This document shows positions 1-12,297 of a DNA stretch of 64,000 bases, piece after piece; position 1 is the first letter of the stretch, and each line of letters starts with the position of its first letter. The stretch is from positions 2,790,001 to 2,854,000 of the forward strand of contig NEEC01000008.1 of the NCBI GenBank assembly GCA_002189035.1. The letters run 5' to 3'. Source of the stretch: Utricularia gibba (lineage: Eukaryota > Plantae > Magnoliophyta). Under the pieces are notes generated by a model. That model was not told the DNA's origin. It ran no database searches and saw only the letters and a program-made list of their open reading frames with translations. Position numbers and translations under genes: made by a program.

Positions 1-68
1 AAAAATTATTAAAAATATTTATTCTATTTTTCAAAAAAAAAATTAAAAAATATGTACGAAATATAAGT

Positions 69-2096
69 TTACACTTGGGGCAATGATGATCTCATCAGCT
101 GAGCAAAATTTTCTGCCTCCTCCTTCCGGCCCAGACGAGTGAGAAGTTGGATAATGCAAGAGTAGTGTTCCTGGGTTGCTCTGATTCTGTACTTGCGAGT
201 CATCAAGTTGAAGTACCTGATCGCATCATCCGCGAATCCGCCTGCGTTGCAAACATTCAAGATCGCTTTGAGAGTAAAATGGGTCGGAGAGGACCCATTG
301 CCATCTGCTAGCATCTGCTTGAAGAGGTTCATAGCTTCCTCTGGTTGGGAGTTGCATTCATGAGCCTCGATGATGGCTGTCCAAGCCATTGACCCCTTCA
401 CTGGGATGGTGTTGAACAATGACAGTGCCTTGTCTATTTTGCCGCATTTCGCATACATTCTCATCACTTCGGTGTAGACGAAGGGGATGGATTCCAGATT
501 CTTCTTCAAAACCTGTGCATGTATCTCTTTCCCAAGGTGCAGAGTTTTGAGCTCGCTGCAGATGCTTAGTGATCGCGCGACTGTAACGGAGTCTGGTCTG
601 TGCTTGGAGGTCTGCATTGAGCGGAAGACATCTAGTGCATCATGGAAGCGCTTACCTGCTATGAGACATTCAATCATGGCTGTCCATGCAATCACGTTCT
701 TCTTCTCCATGGTGTTGAATAGCTTTGAGCAGTAGCTATGGCTACCGCACTTTGAGTACATCATCATGAGACATGTAGATATGGAGACATCAGGAAAAAA
801 TCCGTTCTTTACTGCATAAGCATGTAATTCTTTCCCTTGCTTCAGTGCTCTTAAACGACCACAGACTGGTAGCACTGTGGCAAGAGTGACAAGGTCAGGT
901 TTGAATCCTTCTTGCTGCATCCAGATAATGGACCTCAATGCTTGCTCAAGCCTCCCATTTTGGACATAACCAGAGAGGAGAGCAGTCCAGGAAACAGTAC
1001 TTCTCTGCTTCGAGCCATAGAAAACCTTTCTTCCGGAAATCATATCACCACATTTGCAATACATGTCGATTAATGAAGAATGAATAAACGGCTGCATCGA
1101 GTACCCTTTTTTCTTGGTAATATAAGCGTGAACCTCCTTCCCTGTTCTCAGGGCAGAGATTTCTCCAATGGCAGGAAGAATGATTGTAAGTATAACAGAA
1201 TTGACCTGTATGCCATCGTCAACCATCAATTTCGTATACCTCAAAGCCTCCCGGGGTAGCTTATTATGTGCAAACCCTGCTATCATTGCACCCCATGCCA
1301 CAATATCCTTCTCCTCAATTTCCCTGAAAATAGCGCTTGCAAGTTTGATCTTGCCACATTTAAAATACATGTCAATTAAGCTAGTTTTGAGTACGGAACT
1401 CTCAAAGAAGCCATTTTTTATCATGATACCATGCGTTTTCATGCCTTGTCGCAGGGAATGATTGGCTCCAAGACTCTTTATCAAAGAAGAAAAGCTGTAA
1501 ACATTCAAATCCACACCAGAAAGCTGCATTTCTGAAAATGAAGTTAAAATTTCACGGTGACTACACCTCCCCATCATGATATTACCCCTGAGCAGTGCAT
1601 TCCAAGGGTACACACTTGTCACAGGCATAGTCTCAAACACCCCCTTTGCATCATCAATTGATCCACAACATGCATAAAGCTGGACAAGCTTTGTCTGCAA
1701 GAACTCATTTCTCTCCAAACCATTCACTCTAATGTAGGCATGCACCCTTCTCGCGAAATCAATTGATTTGAGTCTGACACAGGCGGTAATAAGAGAAGTG
1801 AATGTGGTGACATTGACAGGAATGCCACGATGATCCAGGAAATCTAAAATCTCTAAAGCTTCATTCAGCTTCTTTTGGGAGGCAAGTCTCTGAATCTCCC
1901 TGTGGATAATATGGGGATTCTTAGTGTGGATAGAGAAGACGTTTGAAAGTACATCCCTTTTGTAAGAAAATTTCGGCTTTGTGTTTGACACTGCAATGGG
2001 ATAAAGTGATGGCACTGGTGAAGCCTTAGCTCTTTTTGCATTGCTCCGGGGTTTCAAACAACTCTGCGGGACTTGGCACGCTATGATAGCATCCAT
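69..2096 (-). CDS. PLS-class pentatricopeptide repeat protein, probably plastid-targeted (resembles Arabidopsis At1g71460 type); no DYW domain
   Basis: Intronless 675-aa ORF with recurring PPR-PLS motifs (TSLIDMYFKCG, SSLIDMYCKCG, VSWTALLSGY, AWTAIIEA). The N-terminus is Ser/Lys/Pro-rich like a transit peptide. A 5'UTR acceptor (ttgcag) lies just upstream of the ATG. Confidence 0.95.
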   Translation of the reverse strand: MDAIIACQVPQSCLKPRSNAKRAKASPVPSLYPIAVSNTKPKFSYKRDVLSNVFSIHTKNPHIIHREIQRLASQKKLNEALEILDFLDHRGIPVNVTTFTSLITACVRLKSIDFARRVHAYIRVNGLERNEFLQTKLVQLYACCGSIDDAKGVFETMPVTSVYPWNALLRGNIMMGRCSHREILTSFSEMQLSGVDLNVYSFSSLIKSLGANHSLRQGMKTHGIMIKNGFFESSVLKTSLIDMYFKCGKIKLASAIFREIEEKDIVAWGAMIAGFAHNKLPREALRYTKLMVDDGIQVNSVILTIILPAIGEISALRTGKEVHAYITKKKGYSMQPFIHSSLIDMYCKCGDMISGRKVFYGSKQRSTVSWTALLSGYVQNGRLEQALRSIIWMQQEGFKPDLVTLATVLPVCGRLRALKQGKELHAYAVKNGFFPDVSISTCLMMMYSKCGSHSYCSKLFNTMEKKNVIAWTAMIECLIAGKRFHDALDVFRSMQTSKHRPDSVTVARSLSICSELKTLHLGKEIHAQVLKKNLESIPFVYTEVMRMYAKCGKIDKALSLFNTIPVKGSMAWTAIIEAHECNSQPEEAMNLFKQMLADGNGSSPTHFTLKAILNVCNAGGFADDAIRYFNLMTRKYRIRATQEHYSCIIQLLTRLGRKEEAENFAQLMRSSLPQV

Positions 2097-3083
2097 AATC
2101 CTTTATATCCTGCAACAAAAACTATTTCAATAATGAAAGCAGGACACGAGAACCCAACATATCTCCAGAAAAATGCAAACAGTATGAGCCATATTCTAGA
2201 GTGTACTCAAAACAATATCAAACAAACCATTTTAATTTCTCTATACAATGAAAAGATCATATAACTGCTCTGCGAAGGATTTGTCGACAGGATTCATCAA
2301 TGTGAGGAGGATAATAGAAAGGGTTCAAGAACAAAAATCACATAAACCTGAATCATCAAAATAGACGGAACCAGGCCACGGAATTCGAAACTCACCAGGC
2401 AGGAACTGAACAATTTGGACGAAACCCGGAATCGCAGAGGAGAAGTTTAATTAACAGGTGATAAACCCGCAGAGTAATGAACATTCTACTCCGATTCAAG
2501 CCCACAATGCCAGAAAGAGTGGAATTGTTTCATGACGCACCCCAGGTTGAGGGGCAAACAAATCTAAAAACTGGGCATACTTCCAAACAGCAAATATCAA
2601 ACTCGACGCAAATCACAATTAGCGAGTGTTAATCAACACCCACAAATCGTCCAGGAGATGAAAGACATGGAATTTGGAAGGAGGCTGGAGAAGAAAAACA
2701 TGGGCAGCAACACAGCTCTCATCTCTTCAACAATTGAATTTTTATGAAGTCAAAAAAAAAATCTATTAATTTAAGGTTCTATTCAATTTTTCTTTTTCAA
2801 AAATACTTTTTGAAAAATTTAATAAAAAAAAATAAAGATATCTAATTTATAAAAATTAATTAATTAATTAATTAATTAACGGTAAGATAATGTAATGATT
2901 AGATTTTATTTGGAATGCAATAATTAATCTAAATACTTCCAAAAAACAGTAATTAGATTAATCTAATCACTTTCCAAATCTCGTCATCACATTAGATTTA
3001 TTTCCATATTTGGCTTCAAGTTCTCCTATAAAAAGGGGAATTTTCAGCCCACCGAAGAGCACCCTTTCCTCTCGAAGAGTTCC

Positions 3084-3795
3084 ATGGCGTCTTTGTTGCG
3101 ATCGTTCTGCTTTCTCCTCCTTGCTTTTATCTGCATTTCCTCCGGTGCGGAGGCTCAGTTGCCGCCGCCGAGTTCTTTCGCCTCCGCTGTGGATGCATTG
3201 GCCAATTCCGGATACACGGCGATGTCCCTCACGCTGCTGCTCATGGCCGACACTCTGCCGATCTCATCGAACCTCACCATCTTTTCTCCGTCGGACAGAG
3301 CGTTTTCGGCCTCCAGCGAGCCGCCCTTGGATCGCCTGCTACTGCATTTTTCTCCGTCTCTCCTCTCCCACAAGGCGCTGGCTTCCCTCCCATTAGGCGC
3401 AACTATCCCTTCCCTGTCCAACTCCTGCGACCTCGTCGTCACCTCCACCGGAGACAGAGCTTCCATCAACCACGTCAGGGTACCGGAGCGTCCCATCTTC
3501 GATGACGGGTCCGTCGTCGTGTACGGACCTTGAAAAGGCGAAACCCCAGGAGCAGCATCCTTCCACCGTGCCATCGTTTCTTGAACTGCACCTGATGGGG
3601 TTCGTCTCTCCGGGGAGTTTAACGGACGAGATGATGCGGTGGAACCTCTTTGCTGCTGTTAAGGAGTCTCACGGCGTTCTGGCTTCAAAGAGCCTCCTCG
3701 ATACCGTGGAGAGATCTAGCGATGACCGCCAAATTCTACTCATCGTCGTCGCGGTGGCGGTTATTATCGTTACCTCCATTGTTAGTTGTTTTTAA
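3084..3795 (+). CDS. Fasciclin-like (FAS1 domain) protein with signal peptide and hydrophobic C-terminal tail; one +1 frameshift near 3528
   Basis: Signal peptide MASLLRSFCFLLLAF, H1 motif TIFSPSDRAF and H2 region INHVRV..PIFDDGSVVVYG. The frame stops at 3533. Removing one C at 3528-3529 continues into VYGLEK...ILLIVVAVAVIIVTSIVSCF (ORF ending 3795). Confidence 0.8.
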
Positions 3796-4167
3796 GCGGT
3801 TTTCTTCACTTTGAAATTCGAATGGATTTTATTTTAGTTTTTTATCATATGCAATGTTCAATTTTCAAATTAATTATTTAAAATTAATCAATTAATATAA
3901 AAAATCCTAAAATTATTATAAAGCATCTGAATAAAATGCTAATAAACTAAATTATTATTCAATTCAATTAATCGGATAATCCACCAACCCAAAAAATGTT
4001 CACAACTACTTAAACTTATAAACTGTAATTAAGCTGAAAAAAAATTCAACGTTTTATTTTCTTAAAGTATTCTAAAATATAATTAAAATTTATTACATTA
4101 TAAAAGCTTATCCCAAATCTAGAATGAGTTAGAACTTGTTTTTTTAACATGGAAAACACGAGTTCAC

Positions 4168-7100
4168 TCACATCTTTGAATCTGCCGAGCACAGGGGCGG
4201 TGCACACCTCTCGCGGCCGAACCACAGGACGCCGTCGTAGACTTTGTCGAGAATCCCACGGCAAGTCTCCGGCGAGGTGCAGGGGCCACACATCAGATAT
4301 ATGACATTGCCGAGCGGCCTCATGTAGATTCCATCTCTGTGGAGCCTCTCCAGGAGAGGGCCTGCGTACGTGGAAGCGTACCTGCGGAAAAAGGAGCTCC
4401 TGAAGGAGACGGCTTATACAAGAGAAGGAGCTGATAGAAACGGAATGGGCATCGGAACGCTGAACAATGGCAGAGATTGTGTGTTTTAAACACTGCATTT
4501 ATACCCGGCATCAGAGCCTTCGGCTGTGAGCTCAATGGCGCAGAGAGTTCCAAGGGTCACGATTCTGCTGACAACAGGAAGCCATGAAAGCTGGAGCACA
4601 AGCTCCCTATTCCACAGCTAGTAAAGGCAACATTTTCAGCGATGGGTATGCGGAGCGATAGAATGGAGTGAATTTACTTACCTCCTGAAGCGATTGCGAG
4701 CCGGGTATCAGATTCGAGTTTGTTTTGTGGTCTTTAAACCATTTTATGGACTTGACAGCCGCAGTGCATCCTATAGCATGTGCAGTGTATGAGTGTCCAT
4801 GCAAAAGAGCTTGAAGCTGAAATCAAAGAAAGGGGTGTCAGCAGCAAATGTGCCCAAACTCTTGTCTGAAGCACAGGGTACTTGTTACCTTGGAATCACC
4901 CTCAAATGCTTGGAAAACAGCATCTGAAGCTAAGGTAGCAGATAGCGGAATGATCCCACCAGTCATCAGTTTTGCAAAACAGGCAATGTCTGGCTGACAG
5001 TCGAGGATTTCTGCTGCAGACTGAAGTTAACCAACTGCTCAGTGAAGGTAGAGGGAACTCAGAGAAATAAGCAGCAAAGAGTAATATGGTGGATGGACCT
5101 CTCTTCCCAGACGCCAAAATCCGGTGAAGACCTCGTCGAATATAACAGGGATGTTTCGGCGTTTACATTCTCGGACTAGTGTACGCTGATAAAGAGGATC
5201 AATCATCAGCATTCCACCAGCACCATGGATCACTGCAAATTCATTGCAATCAAGTAAAAGAGTTGTTACTGCGTTTGAAAAAGATGAACCATCGAAAAGT
5301 GCATCTGCAAAGGAAATATTGCCTGGCTCGATTATCAGAGCTCCGACTTGGGACCGCCCACTGCCATCTGTGAGTAGCTGTAGCTCCTCTGATATTACAG
5401 AGGAATAAAGCATTGAAAGGGTAGAAGAATCACGGCTCCTGATAAAGACGTCATCCAGTGAACTGAAAGCTACACCATAATCCAACAGTTAGAAAGAACC
5501 AGAATGATGATCAGTGAAAAGCAATGTGTTTGATGATGCATAACTGGTCCAACAGTTAGAAGAACTAGTCGTTTACCAAGGAGTTCATCTTTGGATTTCA
5601 GAGATTGCATCTTCTTGGGGAGCAAGACTTCCCATGTTCCATTGCACAAGCCAACTGTGGGTGGATCCAAGAAGACACCTCTTCCACAGTACCTGGTTTT
5701 TTTTACAAACAAACTTCAGTCATGAAGCTCTACCAATTAGAGGTTTTTGAACACGCATGAATTGCATCACGTATCAGACATCCAAACAGCAGCTTATGAG
5801 TCAGAATCAGGACATTGGATTCTGCATCAAGTGCTCTTACAGGATATTAAAAACATTTTAGGCAGTGATGGCTAAGCAGCTTTAACTCTTCATATGTTTT
5901 GACCTTCAAGAATAAGAATACATCATTTAATAGAAAATGTTTAAAATTCTAACTAATGTGATCCAAATTGTTTTTTAACTGCAATCAAAATACGCTATGA
6001 TAGCATGAACAGAGAAACAAAGGAAAAAAAAAAAAAAACAGAACAGAACAGAACTGAGCATCTCATGTGCTCAAAAGGCCATACCAGGGCTGCTGGAGGA
6101 GTCCAGTATATGGTGAAGGAGCCTGAGCTTCCATAGCACCCAATGTATCACCATGATAAGACCCTTTAAGAGCTAAAACCTAATTTGGAAAAATTATAAA
6201 TTTCATCTAAAAGAGCAAAACTAATTCCAAGAAAAAGCAGCAAGATTTGTGAAGATCATCAATGCACAAGTCAGGTCACAGATAAGAATCTTCAGAAAAT
6301 ATAAGCAAAAACCAAATGATACTGTTTTCTTGCCTTCAGTTCCAAGAAATTGTGATTCCAATCAGCATTTACAAGGTCTAAGTCCAACTTACTATCAACC
6401 AAGTACTTTCGAAATGCCATTTTGAGGGCAATCTCTACTGCTGTGGATCCATTGTCCGAGAAATACACCCTGGAAGCCCATCCTGGTAAACATTGTGGGT
6501 CAGTTAATGTTAAAACTTTGAATAAAGAACCATGAAAATTTGGCTCTAACATGCTCAATACATATCTACTTAAGAATCCCCAACTGTTCTTACATCATTT
6601 AATAACGGTGCACTGCAGATAGATCATTAGGATGAAAACAATGACTTAATATAAATCACAGATTCAGGCCAGGAAAAAAAAAGGCTGATTTATGTAGTGA
6701 CAGAAGGAACAAGAGAAACGGTAGTGAAGAGGTAAAGACACCTGCCTCTTCCAACACCTTCAAGCAAAAGTTCAGCTAGTTCCAAAGATGGTTCATAAAC
6801 GTTCTCTGGAAACATCACATGCCCATATCTTGCAGTAGCATATCCCACATCTCTAGCAAGTTCAATCTGTATATATAATCAAAACAGGAGTATTACTTAT
6901 AAAACGGCACCTGACACCATTGTTTTAGGAGTGTCCCAAGGATAAAGAAGCCAAACTCCGAATATAATACTACAATACCAATTTAAGAATCAGGGGTACG
7001 ACTCTTATTCGGTGTGCAAAATGTTCACACAGACAGTTCTAAAATGAAAACTGATAAGAAACCATATCTATAGCACTGGAATTGAGCACTGTAAGACCAT

Positions 7101-8988
7101 TACTGATTAGCAACTGACATGTATTCTCCATGGTAACAGTAAGCTAGAAAATATCAAGATTAGATTACCTGCAGGCTAGCATCAGGTCCCTGAGTCCACC
7201 AACTTGCACAAGCATCAAATTGTTGAGAAATACAATCAAATTCCTGAGACTAATTAATCCATGCAGTGATGTTAGGATTCAGTTTTGACAATATAAAATA
7301 CATTTCAGTTATAAAACAAAGAAGGAACCATTTGAACTAATATGTATTAGCATATATGTATAAAGTACAAAAAACATCATCTACTCGAAAGTTCAAACCT
7401 TGTGTATAGAAAAGTTTTCTCCACATCGTGAATCTATAACGGTCACTTTGTCATCGAGCACGAGCTTATGCTGAGTGAATGGCCACCAGAAAGCAGCACA
7501 AGCTCGCTCTGGCATACCGTTCAGCAGCTGAATTCTTTTTTGGAAATCTGAAATCAATATCTCCTTGAGAGTATTGAAAACGACCTGAGACTTCTGGAAC
7601 CAATCTGCTAAATTATCTGATAAATCTGTTGGGATGCATGGAAGAACAAGCACAGGAACCCTGTAAAAGGCCAACCATTCTCTTGATAAGAATACTGAAA
7701 TTTATTTTTAACTGGACAAGTAGCACCTGTCCACAAAGCGCATCACAGACCACAATGAGAAATTCATATATCAAAAACTCGAATCCTTGGAAGGAATAAA
7801 GCACATGAATATGGGTGTGGGTGCTTCACTACCTATTATGGAAATATGATGACAATGGCAACTCATTCTGCAGGCCATGATCCTCAAATATTACAGCAGC
7901 GACATCATACCCACGAAGCTTTAGAGTTTCATAAGCTGATATAGTTCCTGAAATTCCACCAAGCCTTCCATCCCCGACAAGAACAGCAGGCAGGCGAAAA
8001 GGGCTGCAACAAAATCAGAAACAAAAATCACACCCCAAACTTATAGCAAATGATAATTCTGGTTCATTTCTTTTTTTTTAATGCTCAATTAGTATCCAAT
8101 ATTTAGATTTACGCATTGCGTTCATAAGGCAATGACAGATTGAAAGCTTTTCTTTCAGCATCAATACGCCTATCAAATATCCACATGCGGGACAGCATCA
8201 ATGTGCATAACTTTGTGATCATTAATAAACCCTACGCACCGGTACAAGTCGCACTGAAGAGATGAATTAGGCCCTGGACTCGCCACACCACCTGCAGTCT
8301 CAATCAAACACATAGCCTGTGATCCTTCAGCACCAAGCGAAGCTCTTTCCATACAAGTCTTCAAACTCTGCAAGAGAAGCGAGTCTTTGATAGCAGCTCC
8401 TTCATTTTCCGCAGCCAGATGAGGCGAAACTGCCTCTTTCCACGCGTGCATTGTCAGACAAACCAGCTCGGATTCAGGATACGATTCATTTTCGTCAAAG
8501 ACACTGCCTTGCAATTTCGTTTCTTCATGTAAGTTCAAATTTACAAACCCACTTTCAAAGCGTCCACCTTTTTCTACTTTCTCAGACGCAAGATACTCAT
8601 TCGCGAAACCATTTTCGGAAACTGTACGAGCAGCCGGAACGGATACTTTGAGAACACAATTCGAAGCGAAAACAGAGCCCACCAGCGGGTTGCGAGCAAA
8701 AAAGTCGCAGAATTTCCTGTAAACAAAGCGAGAATCAGAGTCCTCTGGAAAACCAGTCTGGAGTGGCTTTACGTATAAAAATCTCTTCTTGGATGATGGT
8801 TCCGAGTTAGATGAAATGAAGGACATAGAAAGACCCGCAGAGACGAGGGTTTTGCCGAGGGAGGTATTGGAAGCCCAAATGGTGTAAATAGGGTGAGACA
8901 ACGGGTACTCAACAGCCGAATGAAAGCAGCGGCTGCTTCGCCGGAGTTTCAAGAATCGGCGGCGGAGTGAAGTTAAAATCAGCGTCAT
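4168..8988 (-). CDS. BIO3-BIO1: Bifunctional dethiobiotin synthetase / 7,8-diaminopelargonic acid aminotransferase (multi-exon)
   Basis: Exon 1 (8988-8240) has an Arg-rich presequence, WASNTSLGKT, YVKPLQTG and LIETAGGVASPG. Later exons carry WWPFTQH, QQFDACASWWTQG, YFSDNGSTAVEIALKMA, PVIFDEVFTG, PDIACFAKLMTGG (PLP Lys) and LLHGHSY. The last exon (4381-4168) reads GIYMRPLGNVIYLMCGPC...SKM-stop. Confidence 0.96.
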
Positions 8989-9710
8989 TGCGTCAGCAAG
9001 GACTGAAACCCACCAATTTTCTGGCTTCCTTTTAAGCAACAGGATGAGAATCGCCGTGGGAAGTCGCCATCCTCGTGCACGGTGCCACCATATTTCAAAT
9101 GGCGAGTGTCATTTCAAGGGTTCCCAAATACAAACATTTGCGAAGTGCTGCTCCTGCTGAAATAGGTAATGACGTAATTGCAAGAATAGCATCAAACATC
9201 ATTCAGCTCTCTCCATCTCTACTACCAGCAGCCTTCTCATCTCACCTTCACTGGGAAAGCGGTATCCAAGTTTTACCAGAACACAGGTTTGCTGGGTTCT
9301 TCCTGCGACCAACAAAGTTCCTATATTTGAATTCATTTGAGGCATGAGCACGGATCAGCAGCTTGAAAAAACAGCACTTGTTTGTTGCCTTTCTCTTGGG
9401 TGGCAACAAGAATCGAGCTTTGCAGCAGTTCAAGGTTATATGCACAACCCTTGTGAGCATCCAGGTTATTTTCAAATAGTTAGATTCAAACGCAGGCAGT
9501 TTTGTGTGAAATGGGTTCGATTCCATCACGCTGCAGGTGTGCAAACGCTTACCATATTTGAATTCAGTTGTTTCCCAGTATTTGCTTGCCATGGAGACAA
9601 CTCAGTGAAGTAAATAGCTGGAAACGCCAATTTTCACACTCAGCGAAAGATTCCTCTTCACACAAAATGTACTTAAAACCCTTGAATTCCCCTGAAAGTT
9701 CTGTAGATCC

Positions 9711-10216
9711 ATGGCGAGCTCCTGCTTTATAATCTTCATCATCTTCTCCCTTCGCCCTCCCATTGTTACATGTGCGCTTCAAGCTTCAGTGTTCTGTCTT
9801 CCTTGTCAACTTAGTTCATCTGATATCCATCGTGCTGAACTTATTGAAGCCTCAAGTTGTTACTGATGGTGTTTTACATCGCATTTGCAGGCTGGTTTCT
9901 CAATCCCAGAGGATGCGACCTTGGGGATATACGAATCTATCAATGGCCTTCAGGCTTCGCAGCGCTGCACGTCCCCAAGTTCACGGTTGAAATCATCAAC
10001 GAGACGTGGAGCGCCAAGACGATATACGAGGTCAGGATTTCGTGCCATGGATTCGCGACGACGACGGTGATCGACCCGAGGATCTTCCGGCGGCTCGACA
10101 TGTCCGTATGCCTTCTGAGAGACGGCGGGGTCATCAAACCAGGGGATGTCATCAGCTTCGACTACTCCAATGTGCTTCCCTTTCCTCTCTTGGTTCTCGA
10201 CATGAAGTGCAAGTAG
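9711..10216 (+). CDS. Divergent TPD1-like (TAPETUM DETERMINANT 1 family) small secreted Cys-rich protein
   Basis: Motifs C..GDIRIYQ, PKFTVEIIN, IDPRIFRRL..CLLRDG..I..G..ISFDYSN..FPL. Proposed model: exon 1 9711-9771 (hydrophobic leader), intron 9772-9890 (gt..cag), exon 2 9891-10216, giving 129 codons in frame. Exon 1 is less certain. Confidence 0.8.
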
Positions 10217-11155
10217 AACCACAATTTGAGTTAAAGGTGTTGCCATTCCTGGAAACGCAACCTGTTTCACCACTTCACGTTCTGTTAGGCAGCTTCCATC
10301 CATGAGATTAGTTAGCTTCCATATGTGTCGGAGAAAAAGCCTGCAAATGGACTCTGATGAGTCCTCCATTTCGTCAATGAGAAAACACTCTCCAAAGCTT
10401 CCTTCTCATGACTGTCGGTTCTGAGGAATCATCAGTAGGATCATCTTCTTCACCCAGCCAGTTGATCAACAGAGACCGAACAACAAGAACAAAAGTTACA
10501 AAGAATTTTTAACTGGGAACCAATCCTTGGTAAAAACCTTGTCTTCTCCCAGCATTCGACAACAGATCCGACAACAACTGCAACACAGCAAGCTTTGACA
10601 GGAAACAGAGTGTGCAACCAGAGACAGTAAACTGACTAAACACTCTGACGAAACCAAGCACTGAATTTGGCTAGTTTGCCGACTTGGGTGCTTTCCCATT
10701 GCAGCAAACATGGCTTAATTGAAGGATCTTGCTAGTTTGACAAGACACTGATTAAGGATCCAGTAGCAATACAATGACAATAGATACAGAACAACGGCTG
10801 AAAGTTTCCTGTACTTCGGACATAACTATATTTGATTGAATGTGTGTGAAAGAATGTAATAATGGAATCCATTGAGCAATAGGAAGTTTATTAGTGATAT
10901 ATAATTATTTTAAAAAAAATTTAAAAATTAAATTTCATTTTCCATCCTCAAGTTAAATAAGATTTCAATCATTTTAAATTTGTTATTTTTCGTGCAATTC
11001 TTCAAATGATCTTTTGTTGTCAAATTATTTCTTTTTTGAAAATTATCATCTACAAAATAATATTATTTTAAATTTTGAAATGTATTTATTTAAATACAAT
11101 ATTAATTAAATTAAATTTGATCATCTCGTAAATGTAATTTCATTTTTATTTTTAA

Positions 11156-11160
<5 letters not shown>

Positions 11161-11212
<52 letters not shown>
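11161..11212. repeat. (AT)n microsatellite, about 26 units
   Basis: Direct reading of the sequence. Confidence 0.97.
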
Positions 11213-11215
<3 letters not shown>

Positions 11216-12297
11216 TTACCGTTTTGGTGTAGGGTAAAAGAAGGAAGCGTGGCGTGGATGAAGGAGCATTGAATGGTGTGTGGGGGCGAGCGCACGAGGC
11301 CATGAAGAAGGCAACAGTTCCAGTCCAGGCTGGAACTGGTCCCACCCCACGGCTGGCTTCCTTGCCCTTCCCTCTCGCCGTCGCTTTCTCAATACTACGC
11401 ACAACTCTGATCCTCCAGACCCACCTGCCACCCCAAAAATAAAGAAATAATCTAAAAAATTATTTTCCTTCCATTATTTAATTCATTATGTAAATTGGGA
11501 ATGAATAAATAAGGTAAAAAACTTGGAACTTGTTGGGTAGTAATACATACAAATTAATTTTTATTAAATAATGTACATTAGTTCTTGATTTTCTAAGAAT
11601 TGATAATTATATGAATCAGATATCAAAGTACTTTTTTTGGTTACACTGAGATTTATGATGAAAATAGGTTTGGTTGATCATGATGACCTATTCTAATTAT
11701 ATAGATTAGAATCATTTTTTCAGATTATAAAATACTTTATTGAATATTATAAAATTTAATATCATAATATAAATGTATTTTATAATAGATAAAAAAAGTG
11801 AATAATTTCTAAATTTAATAACTGAATCCAACTTTTTGATTTTGTACATATACATTAAAGATTAGAACTTTTAAAAATTAAATATAACAATTTCAGAAAA
11901 TTATATACTGAGCCCCTATTAATTATTAATTTTATTCTTTTTACTTAATTCATGAAAATTATCCATTTAAAACTTATGTAAATATAAATGTTTTAATAAT
12001 AGTTTATATACATATCATTATAAAATATCTACCAATAACTAATATTTTCTACAAAATGTATTTATATTTTATTAAATCGCTTTTTATAAATTAATCTCAT
12101 TCACATTTTTAAAAAATTCCTACTTTTAGTTTTTTTTTAAAGAAAAAAAAAAGAAAAAGACATAAATAGGCAAGTGTGTGGCGTGGCCGGGGGTCCATTT
12201 GCATTTTAGAGTGTATCTATCTCCGACCGCGTGTATATAACGGCGCCTGTTTTGAGATTAAACCTTGGAGGTAATACAGAACAGGAGAGGAAAAAGA

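Noticed and set aside
7655-7690. Arabidopsis-style +10-nt alternative acceptor giving a bicistronic BIO3/BIO1 transcript
   Set aside because: At the intron preceding the exon with the conserved LNGM, there is no AG 10 nt upstream of the acceptor; the nearest give +19 and +21. The tandem acceptors at 7244/7250 are in frame.
10250-10720. Cys-rich minus-strand ORFs downstream of the TPD1-like gene
   Set aside because: I found no recognisable family and no consistent splice model; part of the signal is antisense shadow of the TPD1-like CDS.
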